The position numbers and the translations under genes are program-made. From a virus, in IMG/VR virus record IMGVR_UViG_3300031949_000002: a DNA stretch of 64,000 nucleotides; one strand, written 5' to 3'. How positions within the stretch are numbered: the first letter of the stretch is position 1; each line of letters opens with the position of its first letter. Shown here piece by piece: positions 32,663-42,216 of the stretch. The notes beneath the pieces are model-generated. The model saw nothing but the letters and a program-made list of their open reading frames with translations. It was not told the origin of the DNA and did not search any database.

Positions 32663-33265
32663 CTAGACCTCCTCGGCGAACCCAAAGGAGCGAATAGAGA
32701 GCGCTTTTCCGTCCGGAGCTTCCGCGTGATCTCCGACCACGATCGGCTCCGTGGCGTTCACCACCCCACCCGAGAAGATCGGGTAGTTGTCCGGGTAGTA
32801 GTACTGGTCCGGCGGGCACCAGAAGAAGTACTCACCATCGGCCGTCTCGATCCAGTAGCAGTCGTCGTACCACGGCTCGACGATCCAGCCCGCGTTGATC
32901 AGGTACGGGAAGAGATCGACGCTGACGATGTGGTGCCGATGCCTCGGACGACCCCAGCGGTGCCGCCAGTCGCCACGACGCGGATGACCGGGCCAGCGGC
33001 TCCGATCCGCTCCACGCGGAAAACCGCGCCCGGGGAGCCCAGGCATCCGACCCGGACGACCGCCCGCGGGACCTCCAGGCCCGGGACGCCGACCCGGACC
33101 ACGAGGCGCGACCGGGACCGCGGGAGGACGCGCGCCACCGGGCCGCGGCGCTCCACCGGCTCGACCTCCACCACCAGGACGTCCGCCGCCTCCAGCGGGA
33201 CGACCCCCACCGCCACCACCGCCCGGACGCCCTCCTCCACCGCCAGGTCCTCGTCCTAGATACAT
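32663..33265 (-). CDS. Gly/Pro/Arg-rich protein, MYLG-type N-terminus
   Basis: GGGGRP repeats then aromatic/acidic domain. Confidence 0.65.
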   Translation of the reverse strand: MYLGRGPGGGGGRPGGGGGGGRPAGGGGRPGGGGRAGGAPRPGGARPPAVPVAPRGPGRRPGPGGPAGGRPGRMPGLPGRGFPRGADRSRWPGHPRRGDWRHRWGRPRHRHHIVSVDLFPYLINAGWIVEPWYDDCYWIETADGEYFFWCPPDQYYYPDNYPIFSGGVVNATEPIVVGDHAEAPDGKALSIRSFGFAEEV

Positions 33266-33286
33266 ATTGCCTCCATTCGAGAATGT

Positions 33287-33489
33287 TCAGCGTCGAGTAG
33301 ACTGGGCAACGATCTGCCCAGTGCTAAGGTCCACCACATGCCACCAGTCGCGATCTCCTCCCTTGACGTTCGCAGCCCCGATCAGGGCTTCTCGCTCCGT
33401 TTCAAACGCGCCCTGGAAGTCGTACCATCCTCCCGATGGGTAGTAATCGGAGCCTGCGAAAGGAGGTACCGGAAGTTGTTCTCCCTCAT
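33287..33489 (-). pseudogene. Small gene with a 1-nt frameshift
   Basis: MRENNFRYLL in one frame continues as FAGSDYYPSGGWYDF in another; one T short at 33459-33461. Confidence 0.5.
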
Positions 33490-33791
33490 GTCGGCCTCGA
33501 CCAGACTCCAACGGAGCGGAACACGTAGAGGTAAGGATCGGCCCACTCCTTCCGGAAGAGGCCGCCACTCGACGTCGGGAGGCTGGAGATCCAGCGAACG
33601 AACTCCCGCTTGAACTCCTCGATGTCCCGCAGCCGGTCCACCATCACCTCGACGAAGGTCCGAGCCGTCCCGCCCCGAAGCGCCCTGAACCCTACCGTTC
33701 CCCGCGGCGCTGCTCCTTGATGCGAGAGATGACCCTGGAGCCATCCCGCGATCCGACCGACCGGAGCATTCGGCGCTTCGTTCAGGTACAT
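33486..33791 (-). CDS. Hypothetical protein, MYLN-type N-terminus
   Basis: GAGGAG upstream; starts just after upstream stop. Confidence 0.55.
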   Translation of the reverse strand: MYLNEAPNAPVGRIAGWLQGHLSHQGAAPRGTVGFRALRGGTARTFVEVMVDRLRDIEEFKREFVRWISSLPTSSGGLFRKEWADPYLYVFRSVGVWSRPT

Positions 33792-33793
33792 AG

Positions 33794-34126
33794 CTACGAT
33801 ACTCTCCTCAAGATCGGATCCACTTTCCTTCCGCCGACCCACCGGATCAGCGCGGCGACACCGAACCCCACGATCCCGAGACCGAGCGCGTATCCGGCCG
33901 CTCCGAGCGCGGAACTGATGAACGCTTCCTTCCGTCGCTCTCCCGCCGTCAACTGGAGATGCATCGTCTCCTTCAGAGCCGCTTTCGCGATCTCGCGCTC
34001 GTCGTCCTCCGTAAGCTCGATGCTCGTCCCCATCGGAGTCACGAGCGTCGCGAATCCGCCCGGCTTCGGCACGAGACTGTAGCTTTGCGAAAGCCCGACC
34101 GCGGTCGCCGTCCCGCTAAGATACAT
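33794..34126 (-). CDS. Membrane protein, MYLS-type N-terminus
   Basis: C-terminal TM helix + basic tail. Confidence 0.65.
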   Translation of the reverse strand: MYLSGTATAVGLSQSYSLVPKPGGFATLVTPMGTSIELTEDDEREIAKAALKETMHLQLTAGERRKEAFISSALGAAGYALGLGIVGFGVAALIRWVGGRKVDPILRRVS

Positions 34127-35486
34127 GCGCCTTCCCCTTCTTCTTTTTCGAGAGCGCGATCGCGAGGACGATTCCTCCCACGACAACGCCCCCTCCGACC
34201 AGAAGGACCGGCGTCCAAGGGAACGGAGCCCTCGGCTCCGGCGTCCACTCCTTCACGGACGGGACTCTCGCAAGGATCCACCGCTGGAACGTCGCGAGAG
34301 CCTCGTCCGGCACGCTCAAGACCTTGTAGATCTCCTTCTCGACCTCTTGCGATTCCTTCATGAGCCGCATCGTGAGCGAAAGACCGACCAGCTTGCCCAC
34401 GATGCTGTTGACCGCACCGATCATCGCCGGAGCGGCCGATAGCCCGATCAGGAGCCCAAGCGCCTTGAAGGCGTATCCTACGATCTTCCCTTCGCGCGCC
34501 TCGCTCTTCAAGTGCTCTTCCTGCTTCTTCAGGTAACGCTGGAACTCCGCCTCGAAGTGCCGCGCGAGAGCGTCCGGGTTGTTCTGGAGGAACTGCGCGA
34601 CGTCCCGTTCGATCTCCTCGCGAGACCGCGGGAAGTAGTCCGACATCGTTAGCTCAGGATCGAAGTAGCGGTACTCCTGGTAGAACGCGGGCGGGAACGG
34701 AGCCTCCTTGCCGTGCGTTTTCCGTTCCGTCGTCAGGCCCTGGAAGAACTCGTGCGGCCACGGGATCGAGAGATGAACCTCCTGAAGCATCCGCACGTTC
34801 CGGATCGCGGCGGCGATCCGTTCGGCCGGGATCGACCGATCGACCGCCCAGTTCACGTACGCGCCGAGAAACCCTCTCCACTCGATCGGGAGAGGATCGT
34901 CCGGGAAGGGAGGAAGCTCCTGCCCGATCCGGAAGTACTTGATCCCTCCGACGCTCGGCACCGGCCAGCTTTGCGTCCGAACTCCGCTCTTGTATTCCTT
35001 CAGGATCTTCTCCGCGCCGACCACGTATTCGAACCGCTGAGGCGTGTCCTGCCCGGACGCTGCGGCTTCGTACCACTTCCGAACGGGCCACCAGTCCCGG
35101 ATCCTCTCGATGTTTCCCGCCACGTCGCCGCGGATCAACTGCGGACCGGGCGGAGCAACCGCCTCCTTCAGGTAGCAGCCCCCGCTCTGCGCCGGAGAGC
35201 CCGGGTTGACCAGCCTGTACTCTTCCGCCGGAGAGCACGCGGGAGGAACGAAGCACTTCTTCGCGAGCGGATCGTAGATCTGACCCTGCGGACAATCCGC
35301 CTGACTTGCCGGAGCCTGCGTCGTGGTCGTCGTGGTAGGGCTCGGCGTGTAGGTGATGGTCGGAATCGGACCGGAGACCTGGATACCTACCGTGCCGGTC
35401 GGTCCGGTGTAGGTATAGGGAGACATGATCTGCCCAAGCCTACCCTTAGACCCGACTCCCGACAAGGCTCCGCTCGATACGTACAT
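34116..35486 (-). CDS. Putative virion membrane protein, MYVS-type N-terminus
   Basis: Thr-rich linker, Cys motif, C-terminal TM + KKKK. Confidence 0.7.
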   Translation of the reverse strand: MYVSSGALSGVGSKGRLGQIMSPYTYTGPTGTVGIQVSGPIPTITYTPSPTTTTTTQAPASQADCPQGQIYDPLAKKCFVPPACSPAEEYRLVNPGSPAQSGGCYLKEAVAPPGPQLIRGDVAGNIERIRDWWPVRKWYEAAASGQDTPQRFEYVVGAEKILKEYKSGVRTQSWPVPSVGGIKYFRIGQELPPFPDDPLPIEWRGFLGAYVNWAVDRSIPAERIAAAIRNVRMLQEVHLSIPWPHEFFQGLTTERKTHGKEAPFPPAFYQEYRYFDPELTMSDYFPRSREEIERDVAQFLQNNPDALARHFEAEFQRYLKKQEEHLKSEAREGKIVGYAFKALGLLIGLSAAPAMIGAVNSIVGKLVGLSLTMRLMKESQEVEKEIYKVLSVPDEALATFQRWILARVPSVKEWTPEPRAPFPWTPVLLVGGGVVVGGIVLAIALSKKKKGKAHVS

Positions 35487-35611
35487 CTGCTCCGATCGCT
35501 CCTTTACGCTTTTCCCGCGCCCGTAACGCTCCCGCACTTGACGCAGGTCGAGAACAGCATCCCCTTGTACGCCTCGACCTCGCTCTCCCACGGAGCGCCC
35601 CACTCGTGGGG

Positions 35612-36301
35612 TCATGTGCGCGGATTCGGTTTTCCCTTCTTGATCCTCTTGAGTTCGCCCTCGGCGGCTTTCCGCGCCTCGCCCTCCACATAGCTGAGAT
35701 CTCCGATGAAACCCCAGCAGGAGTCGATAACCTCGCCCTCCGTCACTTCCCCCGTCTCCGGATCTTCCTTGTCCCCCTCACGGACCTCGTATCCGTAGAC
35801 TTGACCGCTCAGGTAGAGGTCGTACGTCTCGACATCCGAGACAAGGGTCCTCTCCGCATCTTCCAGCGCCTTCTTCACTTCCGGGCCGAACCAGCGCTTC
35901 CCGGCGTACTTTCCGTGAAGCTTCTCCGGCAGAACTACGCCGAACTCCTTCTCCACGTCCGCACGCGTCGCATAGGTGAACCCGACTCGACCGCTGTCCC
36001 ACTCCGCATGTTGCGCGCGGCCCATGAAGCTGCCAGTGCTGATTCGGAGGCCGCTGTGGTCGTAGAGCCAGAGCGGCAGGATGACCGCGGCATCGTGGTT
36101 CTCGATGAGGTCTTTTTCAAGCTCCCGCCAGGAACCGTAGTTACTCGACTTGAAGTCGGTCTTGTCGCCGAGGTTGTACCGCTTGTGGAACGCGACCATC
36201 GTTCCGAAGTTGTCGTATTCCTCCCGCGGATTGATCGGATCTTCATCGTAGTAGATCGTGACCGTCAGGTCTCCGACCTTGAAGCTCTTTACCTCGTCCA
36301 C
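35612..36301 (-). CDS. Hypothetical protein
   Basis: YDEDPINPREEYDNFG..LPLWLYDHSGL..CWGFIG. Confidence 0.7.
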   Translation of the reverse strand: MDEVKSFKVGDLTVTIYYDEDPINPREEYDNFGTMVAFHKRYNLGDKTDFKSSNYGSWRELEKDLIENHDAAVILPLWLYDHSGLRISTGSFMGRAQHAEWDSGRVGFTYATRADVEKEFGVVLPEKLHGKYAGKRWFGPEVKKALEDAERTLVSDVETYDLYLSGQVYGYEVREGDKEDPETGEVTEGEVIDSCWGFIGDLSYVEGEARKAAEGELKRIKKGKPNPRT

Positions 36302-36302
36302 G

Positions 36303-36608
36303 CTATTCCTCCTCTGGGAATCCGAAGTCCACGCCGAACATGGACCCTCCGTTCGGAATGTGGACGACACCCATCGACCGCTTCATCCCGTAGCCGTACC
36401 GCGGCGTCTGCTCGAACGGGCTCGTCGCGACCTGCGGGAACTGCGGAAAATCCACGCTCTCCGGCTGCTCGAAAATGACCGGCTCCGGGCCTACCATCTC
36501 CTCCGTCTCGAACGGACTCATCATATCGGTGTCGAAAAGCGTCTCGACAGGATTGGGCCGTAGCCGCGAGCCCGCGCCGGGCAAATGACCAAGGTCGTTG
36601 ACGTACAT
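36303..36608 (-). CDS. Hypothetical protein, MYVN-type N-terminus
   Basis: 101 aa, low complexity. Confidence 0.55.
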   Translation of the reverse strand: MYVNDLGHLPGAGSRLRPNPVETLFDTDMMSPFETEEMVGPEPVIFEQPESVDFPQFPQVATSPFEQTPRYGYGMKRSMGVVHIPNGGSMFGVDFGFPEEE

Positions 36609-36609
36609 G

Positions 36610-36852
36610 CTACCGAGGCCCCCTGCGCCGTTCGTCGTGGATCTCGAACCACTGGAAGATTTCCGGGACGGGGAAGAACGGCGTCTTCCGTCTCGGACCG
36701 GTCGAAATGAAGATGACCGGCAGATCCTCCTGCTGGTCGATCCAGCGGTACACGGTCTGCACCGCGACACCGCATCGGTTCGCAACCTCGGCCGCGGTGA
36801 TGGACCGGCTTAGGATTTCCTCGATTATGCGCTGGTCGGTCAGATAGCTCAC
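36610..36852 (-). CDS. HTH DNA-binding protein (HTH_17/excisionase-like)
   Basis: ITAAEVANRCGVAVQTVYRWI. Confidence 0.75.
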   Translation of the reverse strand: MSYLTDQRIIEEILSRSITAAEVANRCGVAVQTVYRWIDQQEDLPVIFISTGPRRKTPFFPVPEIFQWFEIHDERRRGPR

Positions 36853-36872
36853 GTATTTTCCCTAACGAATAT

Positions 36873-37142
36873 TTACTCGAACCGGACCGGGGCTTCAGCG
36901 CCCGAGACGACGTCGGAGAGATTGGCCCAGGCACCGACGTCGAATCCCTGCGGATCCAGCATCCAAAGCTGAGGCTCTTTGCCCGGCCCCCAGAAGATCG
37001 AGTGAGCCCTCCACTCTTGACCTTTCTTCGTTTTCCCCAGCGTGGATCCGTTTCGGATATTGACCACGATACTGCCCCCGCGAGCCAGCGTCACGATGTC
37101 GCGTCTCGTCTCGATCATGCCGCTCGTACCGGCCTTTGCCAC
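36873..37142 (-). CDS. Hypothetical protein
   Basis: 89 aa, first gene after conserved 26-nt element. Confidence 0.55.
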   Translation of the reverse strand: MAKAGTSGMIETRRDIVTLARGGSIVVNIRNGSTLGKTKKGQEWRAHSIFWGPGKEPQLWMLDPQGFDVGAWANLSDVVSGAEAPVRFE

Positions 37143-37156
37143 GGAACCCCCTTTGG

Positions 37157-37182
37157 GTTAATTGTAAACAAATTCTCAGTTT
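37157..37182 (-). promoter_or_regulatory. Conserved AT-rich 26-nt element, copy 1
   Basis: Identical to 49943-49968; minus strand AAACTGAGAATTTGTTTACAATTAAC contains TACAAT. Confidence 0.75.
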
Positions 37183-37223
37183 CGGAGAAGAAGAAATGAT
37201 CCTCTTCTTGGGAGATCCCGTGC

Positions 37224-39284
37224 CTACTCGCCGTCGTCCGCAGGACCGTCCGTGTCGTCGTCGCAGAAGCCGAACTCGACGCCGGAGATCGCCTCTCCGA
37301 GGGCGTTCACGTCGCGGATCCCGTTCTCCTCGACGCACTTTAGGCGCTTGACTGCACCTTCCGTGGTCTCGTATTCGACCCTGTACTCCGAGCGTTCCTT
37401 CGGAGGGAGAGCGCCCTCCTGCGCTCCATGCCAGAGCCACCACTCGGGGCTGCCTGGAGTGATCCACTTAGGAGGAGTCGCACCTTTCGGAGCCCTCAGA
37501 GCACGAGGATCGGTCGTGGGGACCCAAGACTGAGCCTTAAGGTCCCAAACCGTCCAGGTTGTCGGCGCGTCTTTGACCAAGGTCTTCCGCTCGCTTTTCC
37601 AGCGCCTGCCGAACAATTTCCACTCCATACGCTCGATATTGTCGGGGCCGATCGTGGAGCGGAGCTTACCGGCCTCTTCTACCGCCTTGCGGACCGCGTC
37701 TTCTTGGGGCGTCCATGTGACGTGCCCTTCCTCGGCCGGAGGAACCGCGTACGGTCCTTCGTCATCGGGAGGGAACTGGTCCCATGGCTGCCCTTCGCCC
37801 TCGGGAGCCCTCCCTCGGGGAGGTTTCTCCGGCTTCGGCTTCCTTCCGGCAGGAGGCAGCGGCTTCCCAGGCTTCCCCTGTCCAGGGAACTCCTCGACCG
37901 GGATCTCCATGCCAGGGTAGTCCATCGGCAGCTTTGCGTCGGGGAACTTCTCGGCTCCACCACCGGGCTTCGACTTGTCGGACGGAGCAGAAGGTCCGGG
38001 AGGGGGCGGGAAGTCGAACCGCAGCGGACCGGATTTCGGCGGCCTCAGCCCCGCACCGGACGTCTCTTCTTTCTCGGTCGGAAGAAGACCCTCCTCGTCG
38101 AATTGCATCCACGGAGGAGGCTCGACGGCGGGTTCGAACGGGAGCTTGGGCTCGCCGGGACGCTTCCAGGGAACGGGCTCGGCGCCAGACGGAGGCTTGG
38201 GTTTTCTAGGCGTCAGAGCTTCCCCTGCTCGCCGCGCAGGAAGCCCCTCCTCCGGGAATTCCTCCCACGGCTCGGCTTCCTTCTTCGATGGGACCCCGAC
38301 CACAGCTTTGAACTGCGTCGTAGGATAGAGCGTCGTGAGAGCGACGTGCTGATCGGTCCGCGGCAGGTAGCGAACGGTGACCGTGTCCCGCGGATGGATC
38401 GTGAAGGTCACGGGCTTCCCCACCTTCATATCCTCGCGCAGCCGGTTCGCGATGCTCGCGAACAACATCGCGAGCGCTGTGTACCGGTCCTGCGTCTCCT
38501 TGACCTTCGAACGTCGGGCAGCGGAGGCCCACCAGCTTTCGAGATACTCGAAATGCTTCTTCAGCGCTTCCTGGACGTCCGGATCGAGCGTGAAGGCGCC
38601 GACCGGGACTCCGTACGCGCGCTGCCGGAGGCGGATCGACATCGCGAAGATCTGCACGGCCCAGCGGATCAGGTTCGCGCGGTTCGTCGGATCCTTCTCC
38701 TTCTTCGACTCTTCCTCCAGTCGGTACGCTTCCTTCTCCAGTTCGTCCGCCTCGGAGAGCAGGCCCTCCGCGGCCTTAGTGAGCTTCGGGGGCTGAGGAG
38801 CCGGGCTGGTCGGAGTAACCGTCGCGTAGGACATCTTCTCGGCGCGGTCCGCGCGCTCGAAGAGTTCATTCGCAACCGTTTCGAGCTTGAGCGCGCTCGT
38901 CCGGCACATCTCGCTGAGCACGGGGTTCGCTGCCTTGAACTTCGCCGCGAGCTTGCGCAGATCCTGAGCCTGCTGCTGGTATCGAGCGCCCGCCTCCTGG
39001 TACTCCTCGGACGTCCTCGGCGTCTTCGGAGGCGTGTACGACGTCAGCGCCAGCGAGATGAGTTCCGTTTCGATCGGGGGATGGGCGGGCGCGGGAGATT
39101 TGTCGAACTGCCACTCAGGCTCAGCCAGTACGTTCCCTGTCAGAATCGCGTCAGGGTCCTCAGAAACTGTACCTGACCGGTTAACCTCAACGACGTTTCC
39201 CTCGACGACCTCCTCAGGCCCCGAGGGCACTCGCCCGCCGCCGGTTCGCGAAGGCGCTCCGAGCCCTTCCCTACCAAGGTACAT
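37224..39284 (-). CDS. Pro-rich 686-aa protein, MYLG-type N-terminus
   Basis: GGAGG RBS; helical core and long Pro-rich disordered tract. Confidence 0.75.
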   Translation of the reverse strand: MYLGREGLGAPSRTGGGRVPSGPEEVVEGNVVEVNRSGTVSEDPDAILTGNVLAEPEWQFDKSPAPAHPPIETELISLALTSYTPPKTPRTSEEYQEAGARYQQQAQDLRKLAAKFKAANPVLSEMCRTSALKLETVANELFERADRAEKMSYATVTPTSPAPQPPKLTKAAEGLLSEADELEKEAYRLEEESKKEKDPTNRANLIRWAVQIFAMSIRLRQRAYGVPVGAFTLDPDVQEALKKHFEYLESWWASAARRSKVKETQDRYTALAMLFASIANRLREDMKVGKPVTFTIHPRDTVTVRYLPRTDQHVALTTLYPTTQFKAVVGVPSKKEAEPWEEFPEEGLPARRAGEALTPRKPKPPSGAEPVPWKRPGEPKLPFEPAVEPPPWMQFDEEGLLPTEKEETSGAGLRPPKSGPLRFDFPPPPGPSAPSDKSKPGGGAEKFPDAKLPMDYPGMEIPVEEFPGQGKPGKPLPPAGRKPKPEKPPRGRAPEGEGQPWDQFPPDDEGPYAVPPAEEGHVTWTPQEDAVRKAVEEAGKLRSTIGPDNIERMEWKLFGRRWKSERKTLVKDAPTTWTVWDLKAQSWVPTTDPRALRAPKGATPPKWITPGSPEWWLWHGAQEGALPPKERSEYRVEYETTEGAVKRLKCVEENGIRDVNALGEAISGVEFGFCDDDTDGPADDGE

Positions 39285-39308
39285 TCTGCCTCCCGAGTCA
39301 GATGTGAA

Positions 39309-39319
39309 TATTTTAACAG
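39309..39319 (-). promoter_or_regulatory. CTGTTAAAATA extended -10 motif, copy 1
   Basis: TG-T-TAAAAT; identical 11-mer at 60578-60588. Confidence 0.55.
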
Positions 39320-39374
39320 AAAAGATTGGAAAAGTGATCTGTTTCTTGGATTGGAGTTAACTTCCGCTAGGGAA

Positions 39375-41129
39375 TCATTTGGACGAACGGACTCCCATTT
39401 CGACGCGTACCTGCCTGAGCTTGTCCTCTGCCCTCGTCCTTGTCTCGGCAGATCCCGCAAACGCAATCGCGCTTTCAAGGTCCTTCTCAGCCCCAATGAG
39501 GTCATCAAGGTTAATCTTCGACAGCGCCCTATTGTAGTAGGCGTCGCTGTTCTGAGGCTGGATCCCAACCACGCGATCCATGTCTGCGACCGCCTTTTCG
39601 AATCGGCCTAGATTGAAGAAGGCGTTTGCTCGATTGAAGTAGGCCATCGCGAGAGTTGGGTCCTTCTCCACGCTCTTCCCGCAGGACTCTACACAGCCTT
39701 CGAACCTCTTCAGCTTGAACTGTACGTACGCAAGATTATTCCACGCTGTCGCGCTTGGAAACAGTTGGACCGTGCGTTCGAAGTCGCACAGGGCTTCTAC
39801 GAATCTACCTTGCCTGCTACGCGCCATCCCTCGCAGTTCATATCCGGAGCTTTCCATTTGGGACAGCATGATAGCTTCAGTCGCATCTCGGTCTGCCGCG
39901 TCGTAGTCCTTACTACGGAAATAGGCTTGACTGCGTCTACAGTACGCGACGTGCAGAGGCTTGACCCCGATGGAAGAGTCCAGCAGCTTGATGGCTCCTT
40001 CTGTATTTCCTTGGTTCAGCAAGTCATCCGCTTCTCTTACGAGCCTCAGGGCCTCTTCCGTAGCTCGCCTTTTCCTCGCCTCTTGCAGTTCCGATTCCAC
40101 ACGGCTCGCCTCCGCCTCCATCCTGTCAATCTCCGCCTGCCGCTTCTCCGCGCGCTCCTTCATCCACCGCTGCCCGAAGAACGCCCCAACCATGCCGCAC
40201 AGGAGCAGCCCGGCCAACCCGACCCCGAAGAGCGCCTTCTTCCGAAGGATCGTCTTCCTCGCGCGGTAGAGCATCGAGGGCGGGTGCGCCGCGATCGGCT
40301 CGTGCTTCAACCACCGCCCCAGGTCGTTCGCAAGATCCATCGCGGTCCGGTAGCGCCGCCTCGAATCCTTCTCCAGGCATTTCAGGACGATCGTGTTCAG
40401 GTCCTCATCGACCCGATGCGAGACCTGCCGAGGCGGTACCGCCTCGGTCTCCACGATCTTCCGGAGCAGGACCATCACGTCCTTGTGCCGGAACGGAGCG
40501 TGCTTCGTCAGCAGGTGGTAGAGCGTGACGCCCAGGCTATAGATGTCGGTCAGACCGGTCAGTCTCCGCTCCCCCGTCGCCTGCTCCGGGCTCATGTAGA
40601 GAGGCGTCCCAACCACCGTCCCGGTAGAGGAAAGCGCCGACTCCGCATTCATCGCCTTCGCAAGCCCGAAGTCCATCACGAAGACCCGAGCCGGACCCTT
40701 CTCGGCCGGGACGACCATGATGTTCTCAGGCTTGATGTCCCGGTGAACGATCCCGCACTCATGCGCGTAGTGGAGCGCGAGGGCGGACTGCCGAATCCAC
40801 TCCACGATCGTCCGGACATCGTGGTTCGAGTCGAGAGTCCGGCCCGGGACGAACTGCATCGCGATGTAGTTGTCGTGGGCTTCGTAGATCGCCGCGATGT
40901 TCGGATGGGAGAGCCTGGCCGCAGTCTCCGCCTCACGCTTGAACCGGCCCCGCTCCGCGGCGTCCGTCCCCTTCAGGAACTTCAGGGCGACCCAGCGCTT
41001 GAGTTCGGTGTCCCAAGCCTTCCAGACCTCGCCCATGCCCCCTTCGCCGAGCTTCTGGGTCTTGAGGTACTTCCCGACCCGCTCGCCGGTCAGAGGCTCT
41101 TTCGACTTCGACGTCATAGCGCTGCCCAT
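39375..41129 (-). CDS. Hanks-type Ser/Thr kinase + TM + TPR repeats
   Basis: LGEGGMGEVW, VALK, HRDIKPEN, DFGLAK, GTPLYMSPEQ, DIYSLG; TM; TPRs. Confidence 0.95.
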   Translation of the reverse strand: MGSAMTSKSKEPLTGERVGKYLKTQKLGEGGMGEVWKAWDTELKRWVALKFLKGTDAAERGRFKREAETAARLSHPNIAAIYEAHDNYIAMQFVPGRTLDSNHDVRTIVEWIRQSALALHYAHECGIVHRDIKPENIMVVPAEKGPARVFVMDFGLAKAMNAESALSSTGTVVGTPLYMSPEQATGERRLTGLTDIYSLGVTLYHLLTKHAPFRHKDVMVLLRKIVETEAVPPRQVSHRVDEDLNTIVLKCLEKDSRRRYRTAMDLANDLGRWLKHEPIAAHPPSMLYRARKTILRKKALFGVGLAGLLLCGMVGAFFGQRWMKERAEKRQAEIDRMEAEASRVESELQEARKRRATEEALRLVREADDLLNQGNTEGAIKLLDSSIGVKPLHVAYCRRSQAYFRSKDYDAADRDATEAIMLSQMESSGYELRGMARSRQGRFVEALCDFERTVQLFPSATAWNNLAYVQFKLKRFEGCVESCGKSVEKDPTLAMAYFNRANAFFNLGRFEKAVADMDRVVGIQPQNSDAYYNRALSKINLDDLIGAEKDLESAIAFAGSAETRTRAEDKLRQVRVEMGVRSSK

Positions 41130-41137
41130 TCCCACAA

Positions 41138-41166
41138 ATGTTAACATATGTTGCGGGTGGCGTCAA
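41138..41166 (-). promoter_or_regulatory. Sigma70-type promoter for kinase
   Basis: TTGACG-17-TAACAT; ATG 8 nt downstream. Confidence 0.65.
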
Positions 41167-41178
41167 GGGAATTATACC

Positions 41179-41286
41179 CTACCGCGGACTGTTGTTGCTC
41201 TTCTTCCGTGTAAAGAGCCATGTGAAGAAGGCGATGGAGAGGACCCCGGCGCAGACCAAGATGTACCGAATCCAGAAGTCGTCCAT
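41179..41286 (-). CDS. 35-aa membrane peptide (not in ORF track)
   Basis: MDDFWIRYILVCAGVLSIAFFTWLFTRKKSNNSPR. Confidence 0.45.
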   Translation of the reverse strand: MDDFWIRYILVCAGVLSIAFFTWLFTRKKSNNSPR

Positions 41287-41297
41287 AAGGACATCGC

Positions 41298-41771
41298 CTA
41301 ACGCAGGTCGAATAGGTACAGCACGGTGCCCCACCCTGTCGGCAGCATGTTCGGAGGAAACTCAAGCTTCTTCCCGTACTCGATCGCGACACTCAGGAAG
41401 TGGCGAGCGTGAAAATAGGCTTCCAGCATAGGACGCGTTGTCTCCAGCCACTTTCTATTGTGCGACATCTCGAACTTCTTCCCGGTGCCCTGACTGACGA
41501 TCTCCATGAACCACTTGTTCAGCGGCCGGTCCGGTAGGAGAGAGGAAAGAGCCTGAACGATCTTCAAGGTCCGCGATTGGATCCCGTATACCTTGTAGCT
41601 CTGGTGATAGAAGCGGTAGACCGCCTCCCGGCCTCCCCATTCGTGGTCGCACTCGGCAAGGAGAGTCTCCAGAATCGGCAACGACGCCTTGAGGTTCGAG
41701 AAGAGTTCCTTTACCTCTGCTCGATCGTCCTCGGATGGATTCGACCGCAACGATTCGGTGACGTTGACCAT
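41298..41771 (-). CDS. Hypothetical protein
   Basis: 157 aa; YRFYHQSYKVY, EAYFHARHFL conserved-looking blocks. Confidence 0.7.
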   Translation of the reverse strand: MVNVTESLRSNPSEDDRAEVKELFSNLKASLPILETLLAECDHEWGGREAVYRFYHQSYKVYGIQSRTLKIVQALSSLLPDRPLNKWFMEIVSQGTGKKFEMSHNRKWLETTRPMLEAYFHARHFLSVAIEYGKKLEFPPNMLPTGWGTVLYLFDLR

Positions 41772-41776
41772 GTTTG

Positions 41777-42175
41777 TTACCGCACTCGATTCAGGGGAGT
41801 CCCGGAGAGGAAGCTCATGAAGTTATAGAGGTCGTCCTTGCGGAGGAGGGCGTACTCCGGATCCGCACCGGACAACCCGAAAGCTTGCCCGCCCCCCGAC
41901 GCCTTGAGATCCTGGTACATCTCGTCGGTCTCTTCCATTGCCACCGCGACAAGGGATTGGATCCTACGGACGTCCACCGGGTCCAAAATGTCAAGGAGCC
42001 CGTTCTCTCTCAGCATGAGAAGCGTGAGACCGATCGCCACGGTGTCTCCAAAGGCGCGGTAAGCATAAAATCTCCCCTTATCGTCGTCTGATCGGCGAGC
42101 GTTGTCACGCTTGGTTCGCGCTCTCCCGAGAGCGGATTCAAGCGTGCTTACCAGCCAGTCTCCGTCTTGGCTCAT
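41777..42175 (-). CDS. Hypothetical protein
   Basis: 132 aa helical. Confidence 0.55.
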   Translation of the reverse strand: MSQDGDWLVSTLESALGRARTKRDNARRSDDDKGRFYAYRAFGDTVAIGLTLLMLRENGLLDILDPVDVRRIQSLVAVAMEETDEMYQDLKASGGGQAFGLSGADPEYALLRKDDLYNFMSFLSGTPLNRVR

Positions 42176-42216
42176 AACCTTCAGAAAGTGGGCGCTTTCA
42201 GCGCACTACCCATCCC

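Noticed and set aside
34713-41144. Long plus-strand ORFs antisense to real genes (for example 34713, 37428, 39765; also 9053, 56782)
   Set aside because: High-GC shadow frames with Arg/Pro-rich nonsense composition and no RBS
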